49,274 bases of DNA from Chitinophagales bacterium. GTDB taxonomy: Bacteria > Bacteroidota > Bacteroidia > Chitinophagales > BACL12. The notes under the pieces are model-generated. The model ran no database searches and was not told the DNA's origin. It saw only the letters and a list, made by a program, of their open reading frames with translations. Each line of letters starts with the position of its first letter. The stretch's first letter is position 1. Both the position numbers and the translations under genes were made by a program. The stretch is taken from positions 1 to 49,274 of the forward strand of contig JACMJP010000238.1 in assembly GCA_014380545.1 (NCBI GenBank). Direction: 5' to 3'. Shown here in pieces: positions 27,936 through 37,021 of the stretch.

Positions 27936-28982
27936 TCATATTGCATGGACATCCACCAATCTATTCTCAATATTCTCCCAGGTGCACAAACTAACCAGTT
28001 CATCAGAAAAGTGAAACATATTTTTCATCTGATTGAGTAAGGCAATGATTTCTGCTCCATTCTGAAAATTATACTGATTTAAAATAAAGCCTATGTTTTC
28101 ATGCTTTACAAATTCCGAAATTTTAACTTCAGCATTTATAATAACAGGTGTATGTGTTTGAATGGCATCATAAATTTTATTCGGGCTTGCGTTGATATTA
28201 TTTTCATTGATGGGGGAATAAACGCACAAAATATAGTCCGCCTGCCCTGCCGCAATTTCCAGAGACTCCTCTTGTGTAATAATACCTTTATACTTTACCC
28301 TATCATGTTTACAGAGAGCTTTGGTACGTTCATCAATACACCAGCCTGCCATGATAACATAAACTTCGGGAGATGCTCCAAGTAATTTTTCTATTACATC
28401 TGTCCCACGATTCACCCCCAGCCAACCGTTATATAAGATAGCAATCTTACCCTTTTCGGTTTTTTTTTTGACGCTACCTGTAAATTTATTAGGATAATTC
28501 TGGAGTACAATAATTTTACGCTGAATAAAATCAGGCATCATATTTTTCCTATTCTCGTCCGTAACAATAATTTTATCCACCGGTGTATAAATAATTTTTT
28601 TTAGCCACCGCAGCTTATTCCCGCTTTTATTCAGGGTAAAAAAGATAGAATCAAATATATCAAGAACTGTATGTTTACGAAAAAGTAGCGGGTAAAAAAA
28701 TATCATGAGCTGCTCATTAATAACATGAATAGAATTAATTTTATGTTCTTTGAATATCCTGCGAAGGGTTAAATACTTTTTTAACATTGTCTTTACTGTA
28801 TTTCTTTTCCCTTTTATAAAATAGACCTGTTTACAGTACCCGTAAATAAAATTTCTTACGATCTTCCTGCGCACACCCATGAATACAATATCATAATGCT
28901 TTGATAATGATCTTACTTCTTTAGTGATACGCATATCACTGCCGTCGTTGGAACTTAAATATAATATTGTTTTCCTGATCAA
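27936..28982 (-). CDS. GT-B-like glycosyltransferase, tandem paralog B (348 aa)
   Basis: See paralog A. Identical length. TTG start with a 4-nt overlap (ttga) with the upstream gene. Confidence 0.6.
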   Translation of the reverse strand: MIRKTILYLSSNDGSDMRITKEVRSLSKHYDIVFMGVRRKIVRNFIYGYCKQVYFIKGKRNTVKTMLKKYLTLRRIFKEHKINSIHVINEQLMIFFYPLLFRKHTVLDIFDSIFFTLNKSGNKLRWLKKIIYTPVDKIIVTDENRKNMMPDFIQRKIIVLQNYPNKFTGSVKKKTEKGKIAILYNGWLGVNRGTDVIEKLLGASPEVYVIMAGWCIDERTKALCKHDRVKYKGIITQEESLEIAAGQADYILCVYSPINENNINASPNKIYDAIQTHTPVIINAEVKISEFVKHENIGFILNQYNFQNGAEIIALLNQMKNMFHFSDELVSLCTWENIENRLVDVHAI

Positions 28983-30343
28983 TTATTGTAAGATTTTCTT
29001 TTTAAAAAAGTAATAACTATTAAAATTTGCATAAATGCAACTGGCAAAATATAGACTGATGTAATATGAATAAATACATGTGTAGCCCAAACATAAATAA
29101 AAATAATACTTGAAAGTTGAATTAAAAAAATGTTTTTTTTGCGATATAGTAAATAGCCAAAACAAAAAAAGCTAAACAAGGAGAATATTGCTGAAATTAA
29201 AATTGTAAAATACGCTTGGATGTAAATTAATATATTACTAAAAAAGTTACCATTTTTAAGCATTTGCGACAGCGAAGGTGTTTCTTTGGTCCTTTCAACT
29301 CCCCATGAATATGGAGCAGCAATAAAAAAAAGAGTTCTGTATAGTATCGTTTTCAGATAATATCCCGGATTATCTTTTACATAAGCCGAAAATCGTTCTC
29401 TAAAATATTGATCCCCCTCATACTCAAATGGTGTTTTTATTCCTGCTTCTAATGCTTCATCTCTGCGGTCAAGATCACTATGACCTAAATTCCAGGGATT
29501 CGGATAAGCAGACAAACCGCTAACAAGAGTTCCACCAAGAGATGATGAAGTAAAAATTAAATGCCCGTTATTTTTTTTATTATAAAGCGCCCAAGGTAAA
29601 AGAATAAACAAAGCTATTATTGCGATACCAATATTCCATTTGAAGAAGTTTAATATATTTTCTTTATTGATTTTCAACAGCAATAAAATGGAAATGAAAA
29701 AAGAAAATAAAAAGTAATCTGACCGAAATAATGCTGAGACACCGCATACTAACCCTGAAATTATGATGAACTTATTTTTTCGTGTTTCATCATACATTAT
29801 AAATAAATAACAGGTTACTATCAAATAAAAAATTATAAATACGTCAGGTGTCATGGAAACAGAAATTGCGATAAATGGTGGAAACAAAGCATAGACCCAC
29901 ACAGAAACCATTGCTATTTTTGGAAACTTCTTTATTACTATAAGTGAAAAAAAATATAAAGAAAGGATATCAATTATGATCCCAAAGCCCTGCATTGCAT
30001 AAGGAATTGGGATGGATGTTACTTCAAATAAAACTGAAGCAATAATTGACCATCCAGGTGGGTAATGGGATGTTGTATACACTTCATCTTCTGATATTAT
30101 TTTACTGTAATTTTCATTCAAGAGTATGTTGTCCATTGCTATGGATATATCTTCATATGCCGGTGACCCAACTAACGCCTGGCTGTAACCATATCCAAAA
30201 TTTAATAGATACGCCGATCTTTGATACACTATAGTAATTGAATTATTTTGTGCTTCGATAAAATGCGTATTCCACCCTAAGTATGCCCATATGATTCTAA
30301 CACTAAATGCAATAACCAAAGTTGCTATTAAATTTTTATACAC
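28979..30343 (-). CDS. Polytopic membrane protein, possibly a GT-C-like (ArnT/PMT-type) transferase or a second polymerase
   Basis: 454 aa, more than 10 predicted TM segments with a central soluble loop (HSDLDRRDEALEAGIKTPFEYEGDQYFRERF). I cannot verify a family-specific motif by eye. GTG start. Confidence 0.4.
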   Translation of the reverse strand: MYKNLIATLVIAFSVRIIWAYLGWNTHFIEAQNNSITIVYQRSAYLLNFGYGYSQALVGSPAYEDISIAMDNILLNENYSKIISEDEVYTTSHYPPGWSIIASVLFEVTSIPIPYAMQGFGIIIDILSLYFFSLIVIKKFPKIAMVSVWVYALFPPFIAISVSMTPDVFIIFYLIVTCYLFIMYDETRKNKFIIISGLVCGVSALFRSDYFLFSFFISILLLLKINKENILNFFKWNIGIAIIALFILLPWALYNKKNNGHLIFTSSSLGGTLVSGLSAYPNPWNLGHSDLDRRDEALEAGIKTPFEYEGDQYFRERFSAYVKDNPGYYLKTILYRTLFFIAAPYSWGVERTKETPSLSQMLKNGNFFSNILIYIQAYFTILISAIFSLFSFFCFGYLLYRKKNIFLIQLSSIIFIYVWATHVFIHITSVYILPVAFMQILIVITFLKRKSYNN

Positions 30344-30372
30344 AGCTATTTTTTAGTTAGTACACACAAAAG

Positions 30373-31434
30373 TTATTTTATAATTAACGACTGCAAAGTA
30401 TTAAGAAACACAGTATTTTGAATTTTTATAACTTCTTCTCGATTCGCTTTACCTATATTAAAAAGTACATTTGTAGAAATATTTGATACTTTTTTAATTG
30501 CCTCACTCATTTGGTCCAAGTACAACAATTCTTTTTGTTTTTTCAAAATCTCAGTAACAGCAAATTCGGATGAAGTAATAACAGGTTTCGAGAAACTCAT
30601 AGCAAGAATCACAGTACCGGAACTTTCAATTTTTTTAAATGGCAAAATCACCACATCGCATGCATTAAAATAATATTGCACCTCTTCTGTTTTTATATAA
30701 CGATTATGTATAATTATATTACTATTATTTTGATAATCTCTAATTTTCAAATAAGTAGTATCGTACAACTTACCAGCAATAACCAGAACTACATTATTGT
30801 CATTCTGCTTATTAAATAGATACAATAATTCATCTATACCTTTATATTTTCTTAAGTTACCAAAAAAGAGAAATACTTTTTTATTTTCTGATATATTTAG
30901 AAATTTCCTGGCATCTAATCTACTTATTGTATTTGGATAATAATCAATATAGTGAGGGTGCGGTGCAACAATTATTTTTTTTTCAGCAATTTGAAAGTTA
31001 TTTACAACATTATTAACAGATGCATGATAAAACACTCTTATGATATTTACATATTGAATAAATTGTTTATGAACATGGCCATGTAATTTTTTATTTCTTG
31101 TATCGTGCGGAGAAATATTATGTAGTGTAAAAATTATTTTTATTCTAAATATTCTTTTTATAAACCAAATCTGTAAAAAGAAAATTGGGATACTGAGATA
31201 TGTTAACCAAACCCAACGCCTAAAATAAAAATATTCTATCCAATCAAAATGAACAATATCTGGCTTTTGAAAAACAGCTGTTCTAATTATTCCAAAAAAT
31301 TTATCCTTAATCCCTTCTCGTACAGATATAGTATCTGTTTCATTTAATTGCTGCATTGTTATATACTGGTAAGGGTTTTCTTGCCCTGCAACAGGTAAAA
31401 ATGAAACTTTTATTTTATTATTACCTCCCTTCAA
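30373..31434 (-). CDS. Glycosyltransferase, GT4-like
   Basis: GT-B C-terminal pattern FFGNLRKYKGIDEL...ILPFKKIESSGTVILAMSFSKPVITS. TTG start is uncertain; there is an internal ATG at residue 26. Confidence 0.6.
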   Translation of the reverse strand: MKGGNNKIKVSFLPVAGQENPYQYITMQQLNETDTISVREGIKDKFFGIIRTAVFQKPDIVHFDWIEYFYFRRWVWLTYLSIPIFFLQIWFIKRIFRIKIIFTLHNISPHDTRNKKLHGHVHKQFIQYVNIIRVFYHASVNNVVNNFQIAEKKIIVAPHPHYIDYYPNTISRLDARKFLNISENKKVFLFFGNLRKYKGIDELLYLFNKQNDNNVVLVIAGKLYDTTYLKIRDYQNNSNIIIHNRYIKTEEVQYYFNACDVVILPFKKIESSGTVILAMSFSKPVITSSEFAVTEILKKQKELLYLDQMSEAIKKVSNISTNVLFNIGKANREEVIKIQNTVFLNTLQSLIIK

Positions 31435-32362
31435 AATGTATATTAGAATGATTCTTTAATAAATATCTCAACCCCTCTAGCTCAAATCCATGTCTTATTT
31501 TACCAACATAATGTTTGCATATACAGTTATCCGGATCTTTAAAAAGATCAACATCATAATCCCCGGGAAAGTACTGTACTTTGCTGCTACTATTATTTGC
31601 AAGCATGCTGATAAATGTCTGGTCAAGTAAATATTTATTAGCATGCTGTTTGAAAAAATTTGTTTGCAACCATGATTCAATCTGATTAAGATCTATATCC
31701 TGAGCATTCATTACCCACAAACCGGCATTTACTTTATCATAAGGGCGTACTCCTGTATGATCAAAAATTTTAGCCGGTTCTTCTACATAGGCATTATATA
31801 GATCTTTATTGAAGTAATTGGTAGTTACCATCTGTTGTTGTAATGTATTAATGAAGAACACAGGGTTTTTAAAAAAAAGGATATCTGAATCAATATACGC
31901 TATTCTGTTGCCATGTGAAAATAATTTTACATCAATAAGTTTAAGTGCCATCACCTGTTGGTTCCTATATTCCATAATTGCAGGAAAAGATTTGAGCGCT
32001 TTTTGGGTCTCATGGTTTGATTCATTCCTCCTTATCACTCTTGCATTTATATATTTAAGAATATATTTTTCATCCTCATCATTAAGCGATCCGTCATCAT
32101 GGAAAGTTATCATGAATTTTATATTGCTTAATTTATAAAATGCAAGAAAAGTACAAACTGCCATTTGAACATCCCTGCTGCAAAGAAGGCAATGAATGGA
32201 AAATGAAAATTTTTCTGATGTATCGTCAGCTGCAAAACTTGAAATAAATTTATCCCGGATATTTTTTCTTTTCGGTATAGTCAGAAACTCTCTCTCAAAT
32301 TTTTTAAAAATCCGGTCAACAATATTCTTGGGGTTTTGTGCAGGAATTAATTTATATTCCAC
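31421..32362 (-). CDS. GT-A fold glycosyltransferase, GT8-like
   Basis: IAYIDSDILFF (DxD), VNAGLWVMN and LLDQTFIS resemble the three GT8 motifs (YLDxD, NxGVxxxN, DQD). GTG start. Confidence 0.5.
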   Translation of the reverse strand: MEYKLIPAQNPKNIVDRIFKKFEREFLTIPKRKNIRDKFISSFAADDTSEKFSFSIHCLLCSRDVQMAVCTFLAFYKLSNIKFMITFHDDGSLNDEDEKYILKYINARVIRRNESNHETQKALKSFPAIMEYRNQQVMALKLIDVKLFSHGNRIAYIDSDILFFKNPVFFINTLQQQMVTTNYFNKDLYNAYVEEPAKIFDHTGVRPYDKVNAGLWVMNAQDIDLNQIESWLQTNFFKQHANKYLLDQTFISMLANNSSSKVQYFPGDYDVDLFKDPDNCICKHYVGKIRHGFELEGLRYLLKNHSNIHFEGR

Positions 32363-32367
32363 AAAAT

Positions 32368-33681
32368 TTAATTTAAAGCAATTGAATCCTTAAATATATT
32401 TATTAATCTGTCTCTAATTAAATCAAGGCTTTGAGGAAGAGCAATTTTTTTTACTTCACTATTATAAGCATAGTATTGATGATTAAACTTTTGTAAGTTA
32501 ATTACATTGTTACATAATTGATCAATTGATTTACACACATTAGGATATGCCGTAATGTTCAAATATTTATCGTTCTGATACTGATGAATAAAATTATGTA
32601 AGTTGCCGAGTTTAAAATCTTCCGCCATATCTCCAAGAAATACAGGCACATTAAGTTGCGCCGCTTCAATTGCCAAGGTTGTTCCAAAATGAAGAAAAAG
32701 TAATGCATTATTAATGCGATCATATTTATTATGGTATTCCTCGGGCAAAACAGTATAGTTTTCAGAGCTCACCCTATATTCATCTTCGAGATATACATTA
32801 CTATATTTCTTTAATTTTTCATAAACTGCCCAATCTCTTACAAACGGGTAGGGTCTAACTTGAAAATTAATACCGGGAATTTTCAGTGAAAGCGTTTTTA
32901 TTATTTTCTCCAATAACTCTAACTCTTGTTTAATTAATTCTTCAGTTCCTGTTGCAAAAGCAAAATAGACATATTGGTTATTTTGTTTTAAATCTCTTTG
33001 TTTACCTTGCGTCATAAACTGATGGAGATATATAAACTGTGTTGCACCCAGTATAGAAATATTCGAACCCGGGATACCTTGCAATTGCACAACATCCTGC
33101 TTAATTACTTCACTCCAAACTAGATAATGATTTTTATCATTCATTAAAAAACACTTCATTTTACAAGGGTGATCCCAGCTATATACATAATTAATTATTT
33201 TTTTTCCTGTTGATTGTAAGTATCCATAAAATGGGTCATCATAAATTTGGGTTATACAAAAAAAAATATCTATATCTTCTATTTGTTTTTTATTCCCGGT
33301 CTTAAATTGAGACAGGTAAAATTGATAATTAATAAATTTGGGTGTAATATGAGCAATAGCCAAAATTGCCTTTTCAATTGTATAATGTATCCCTCTGTAA
33401 ATTGAATTTTGCAGTTTAAATCTTTCAGTAATAAAGTAATTGTTTTTCGAACGGGGAAGTTTACCAAACAATTTGAATATTTTATCCAGTATGTAGTTTC
33501 GGAGTTTATTTTTATCTTGTTGAAAGTAACGGATTTCGATGTTTTCATTAAGCCCTTTGGCAATTGTTGTATCAGCGCTTCTTAAAAAAATAATTACCCT
33601 ACATTTTTTATTCAAGTGATTTATTAGATCCCTTACGTCATTTCTTGAATTTAGGTATTGCGCAAGAATTCCGATTGTCAA
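32368..33681 (-). CDS. Hypothetical protein, GT-B-like two-Rossmann architecture (family unassigned)
   Basis: 437 aa. TIGILAQ N-terminus, YVYSWDHPCK (HP motif), YVYFAFATGTEE, FQVRPYPF, LFLHFGTTLAIEAAQLNVPVF. TTG start. Confidence 0.35.
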   Translation of the reverse strand: MTIGILAQYLNSRNDVRDLINHLNKKCRVIIFLRSADTTIAKGLNENIEIRYFQQDKNKLRNYILDKIFKLFGKLPRSKNNYFITERFKLQNSIYRGIHYTIEKAILAIAHITPKFINYQFYLSQFKTGNKKQIEDIDIFFCITQIYDDPFYGYLQSTGKKIINYVYSWDHPCKMKCFLMNDKNHYLVWSEVIKQDVVQLQGIPGSNISILGATQFIYLHQFMTQGKQRDLKQNNQYVYFAFATGTEELIKQELELLEKIIKTLSLKIPGINFQVRPYPFVRDWAVYEKLKKYSNVYLEDEYRVSSENYTVLPEEYHNKYDRINNALLFLHFGTTLAIEAAQLNVPVFLGDMAEDFKLGNLHNFIHQYQNDKYLNITAYPNVCKSIDQLCNNVINLQKFNHQYYAYNSEVKKIALPQSLDLIRDRLINIFKDSIALN

Positions 33682-33705
33682 TTTTTAAATATTTTTAAAG
33701 AGTAG

Positions 33706-34935
33706 TTAGTTACTTGTTATAACTTCGGATAACTTCCGGCTTTCCTCATCAATAGAAAAATGTTCAGAGAATTTTCGGAAACTGTCTTCTGACATTTGTT
33801 TCCTTTTTTCAAAGCTCATGCACAACTCAATAAGTTTTTTATTAAAATTTCGTATATTCTTTACCAAAAAAATATCTTCCCCATCATTTAATGATTGAAT
33901 GCTCCCAACCGATTGCTTATAGCCCAAAATTGCGCTCTTAAATCTCAATAAATTATAAAGTTTTGTTCTTACACCTGTTTTACCCATATACGGAAGTACA
34001 TGTATATCGTAAGGTTTTATAATTTCCTCTAAAGGTATTTCCTTTCCTTTGAAAATGAATTTCGTTGTATTTATATTCTTATCAATGTTTGCTTCAAATT
34101 CATCTTTTGTAATACCAATAATAATAAACTGATAATCACTATTCTTTTTATCAAGATAAGGCAGGGATTCTTTGCAGAATAATTTCAACCCCTTTCTATT
34201 CGCAGTAGCCGATATGGTTCCCAAATGTATGATACGTATTTTAGAATCCGAAGATCTATTATAATACTCTTGCGACAATGGAGGATACAATATGGGAATG
34301 TTGTGGATAATGCAATTTTTTCTTGTATGGCTTAAAATTTCCTTATGTTCAATACTATTTCCGGTAATCACCATTTCCACATTTTTCAAACACTTTTCTT
34401 CAATTCGCTTTATATATCTGCTACGCACCCAATTTTTCAAATTAAATCTTCTTTTTAAAAGTATTTTACTGATAAAATCATGATGAACATAAATCAATTT
34501 TGCAGTGCCTGAATATTGAGGCAGCATAAGGGGGAACAAATGTTCGCACCATACAATATCAGGTCTTATTTTATTATAAATTTCCTTGATAAAATCAATA
34601 GCAATTTGACTTATATTTATTATATTTTTAAATAGCACTTCATCTAGCTTGAAAATACTAGTCGCAATGGTTTTTAATTTTATAGGTACATACTTCATAA
34701 TATTTGCATTGCATACATGTATAGATATATTACCCGAAAAAGATGTAAAGGATAAAAATTCAGTGTACGACTGAAGCCAAAAATTTTGGTTGCTATTAAA
34801 ATACAAAATATGGATATTACTTTTAGGAAATGCTTTTGCTAAAAGCACAAGATGATAGGAACTCGTAGAACTAGCACCACTTGTATCAAAGCCGTAGGGA
34901 AATTCAGTTAAAAAGCTAATTGTGTTTACCTCCAA
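33706..34935 (-). CDS. Glycosyltransferase, GT4/GT1-like
   Basis: 409 aa. GT-B-like layout (GASSTSSYHLVLLAKAF N-domain, IRIIHLGTISATANRKGL...LPYMGKTGVRTKL C-domain). TTG start. Confidence 0.5.
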   Translation of the reverse strand: MEVNTISFLTEFPYGFDTSGASSTSSYHLVLLAKAFPKSNIHILYFNSNQNFWLQSYTEFLSFTSFSGNISIHVCNANIMKYVPIKLKTIATSIFKLDEVLFKNIINISQIAIDFIKEIYNKIRPDIVWCEHLFPLMLPQYSGTAKLIYVHHDFISKILLKRRFNLKNWVRSRYIKRIEEKCLKNVEMVITGNSIEHKEILSHTRKNCIIHNIPILYPPLSQEYYNRSSDSKIRIIHLGTISATANRKGLKLFCKESLPYLDKKNSDYQFIIIGITKDEFEANIDKNINTTKFIFKGKEIPLEEIIKPYDIHVLPYMGKTGVRTKLYNLLRFKSAILGYKQSVGSIQSLNDGEDIFLVKNIRNFNKKLIELCMSFEKRKQMSEDSFRKFSEHFSIDEESRKLSEVITSN

Positions 34936-34999
34936 AATATTATTGTGAATAAAGATAATTATACTTTAGTATCATTAATACTAAATTTTGTCAAGAAGA

Positions 35000-36481
35000 T
35001 TATCTAAAATATTTTTTTTTCATATTCCTTATAATACCTCTAATTCCTAGTAATTTATCCAAATAATAAAAAGACCAGCAACCTAGTAATATACAAAGAA
35101 GTGTATTTATTATTATACTTATTTGCGATTGCTGAGTGTATTTTAAGAAAAAAACAAAAAAAATACCAATACTGCTGACTATCATACACTTTATAGACAT
35201 GCTATCAAATGTAAAAGTTAATCTAACATTGGTTGTTATGTAGATAAAGATGTTATAGAGAATATAACTTAAAGTGTAGGCAATTCCTATTGCGTTTAAT
35301 CCATAATCATCAATAAGTAAATAACTTATTATTAATAATAAAATTGTAGGAAAAAGCTCAGAAATTAAGTACAATTTAGTTAGCCGGGCTGAATATAACA
35401 TAAGAGCAAGCGGACGGCTAAAAATCCTTAAAATAGTTCCAAATAATAGCCACTGTAATAAAGATACTGCTTCATAAAATTCAGGTGAATATAAAATATG
35501 GATAAGAGAAGAGGATAGTAACAACATACTCGCTAAAATGGGTATTGATATTAATATCGTTATGTGCAATTGTTCATTCACTAATTTGTTGGCTTCTTCC
35601 TTTGAATCTATCGCAATATTTAACCGGGGCGAAAGATCTCTGCTCATTGACTGAAATATTAATTGCACATACGATGCTGTTAGTCCCCATCCTGCCTGAT
35701 ATATTCCAACATAAAATAATCCAAGTTTACTATTAACTAACAGACGCAGTTGATATGTACTTAGCAAAATGAAAATTCCAATTATCATGCTGACAAAGCC
35801 AAACTTTAACATACCTTTCCCATAGTCCCTGACATCCGTTAAACTAACAGGGACACTAATTACTTTTATTTTTTTTGTGTAATATAAGGATACCAGTAAG
35901 TAGATAATAGCTGAAAATAAAATGCTTGGCATGATAGCCATTTGCTTAAAAAAGTAATATGCCGGTACTGTAAAAATCAGGATAATGACACCGCCAATAA
36001 CAGAAATGTATGCAAGCTCTTTAATTCTTCTGTACCCATTTAAAACGGCCTGACTACCAGTATATATTTGGTTAATAAAGATAACCACTGCAAGTATCTT
36101 AAAATTTGCTGCCTGGTCCGAGTTTCCAAAAACCCATATGCTTATTTGATTGCTTAAAAAAAAAGTAAAAAAACTTCCCAACAACCCTGTAATAAAAACC
36201 AGTCTCATTAATATCCTAATCATTCGTGATGACTTTTGAATATTATTATCCTTATTTGCTACTGAAATATCGTAAACAGCACTTGAGCCTAGCCCCATTC
36301 CCACAATCATTCCAATTAAATCTAAGGTTGATTGCAAAATACCAAGTAAACCGATTCCCGTAGGACCAATGAAAACCGAAATGCTTTTAGTACCTATAAT
36401 TTTTACTAAAATTTGAATTGATTGAGACGCCCCAATGATACTGGTAGATTTTACAATTTGCTTATAGCTCTTTTCAGCCAC
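35000..36481 (-). CDS. wzx: Oligosaccharide-unit flippase (Wzx, MOP superfamily)
   Basis: 493 aa, about 12-14 TM helices. The N-terminus KQIVKSTSIIGASQSIQILVKIIGTKSISVFIGPTGIGLLG is typical of Wzx/O-antigen translocases. GTG start. Confidence 0.8.
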   Translation of the reverse strand: MAEKSYKQIVKSTSIIGASQSIQILVKIIGTKSISVFIGPTGIGLLGILQSTLDLIGMIVGMGLGSSAVYDISVANKDNNIQKSSRMIRILMRLVFITGLLGSFFTFFLSNQISIWVFGNSDQAANFKILAVVIFINQIYTGSQAVLNGYRRIKELAYISVIGGVIILIFTVPAYYFFKQMAIMPSILFSAIIYLLVSLYYTKKIKVISVPVSLTDVRDYGKGMLKFGFVSMIIGIFILLSTYQLRLLVNSKLGLFYVGIYQAGWGLTASYVQLIFQSMSRDLSPRLNIAIDSKEEANKLVNEQLHITILISIPILASMLLLSSSLIHILYSPEFYEAVSLLQWLLFGTILRIFSRPLALMLYSARLTKLYLISELFPTILLLIISYLLIDDYGLNAIGIAYTLSYILYNIFIYITTNVRLTFTFDSMSIKCMIVSSIGIFFVFFLKYTQQSQISIIINTLLCILLGCWSFYYLDKLLGIRGIIRNMKKKYFR

Positions 36482-36526
36482 CCCAAATTGTTTTTCTAAT
36501 ATATTTTGAAATTATTTTTAATTCAT

Positions 36527-37021
36527 TCATTTTGTATTTAAAATAATTTCAACAAATTCCCGAACAGCACCTTCACCGCCTGCCTTTTCTAATTGAATGA
36601 TTCCTGAAATCCTTTTTACAAGTTTAGTTGCATTAGCAGGGCAAGCTGCAATTCCAACAACCTCCAATAATTCAATACAGTTAATATCATCTCCTACATA
36701 AGCAACTTCATTAAGTGAAATTTTTTCTTTTTCGCAAATTTTTTTTGCTGCTTCTAATTTGCCTCCAAAACCAACCCCCTGATATACATAATCTAATTTA
36801 AGTTTTCTTGCACGATTCTCTACAATTTTTGTTTTTTCAGTTGTTATGATACCGGTTTTAATTCCAGCTTTTTGTAATAAATTAAATCCCATACCATCAT
36901 GGGTATTAAATTTTTTAAACTCATCACCACTCTCGGTGTAATACATTCCCGCATCGGTTAATACGCCATCAACGTCGCTTAGAAATAATTTTATTTTTCT
37001 TTTATTTACCATGCCGTCCAT
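36527..37021 (-). CDS. HAD-IIIA phosphatase, KdsC / ulosonate-phosphate phosphatase family
   Basis: IKLFLSDVDGVLTD (DxDGV nucleophile motif), GIITTEK, VAYVGDDIND-like VAYVGDDINCIELL. 164 aa, the usual size for KdsC or Kdn-9-P phosphatase. Confidence 0.8.
   Translation of the reverse strand: MDGMVNKRKIKLFLSDVDGVLTDAGMYYTESGDEFKKFNTHDGMGFNLLQKAGIKTGIITTEKTKIVENRARKLKLDYVYQGVGFGGKLEAAKKICEKEKISLNEVAYVGDDINCIELLEVVGIAACPANATKLVKRISGIIQLEKAGGEGAVREFVEIILNTK

Noticed and set aside
34965-34985. 8-bp stem hairpin (tttagtat-catta-atactaaa) between wzx and the next glycosyltransferase.
   Set aside because: It is almost entirely A/T, with one G-C pair. The T-tract follows it only on the + strand, where no gene is transcribed. 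It is probably too weak to terminate the minus-strand operon, though it may slightly modulate coupling.
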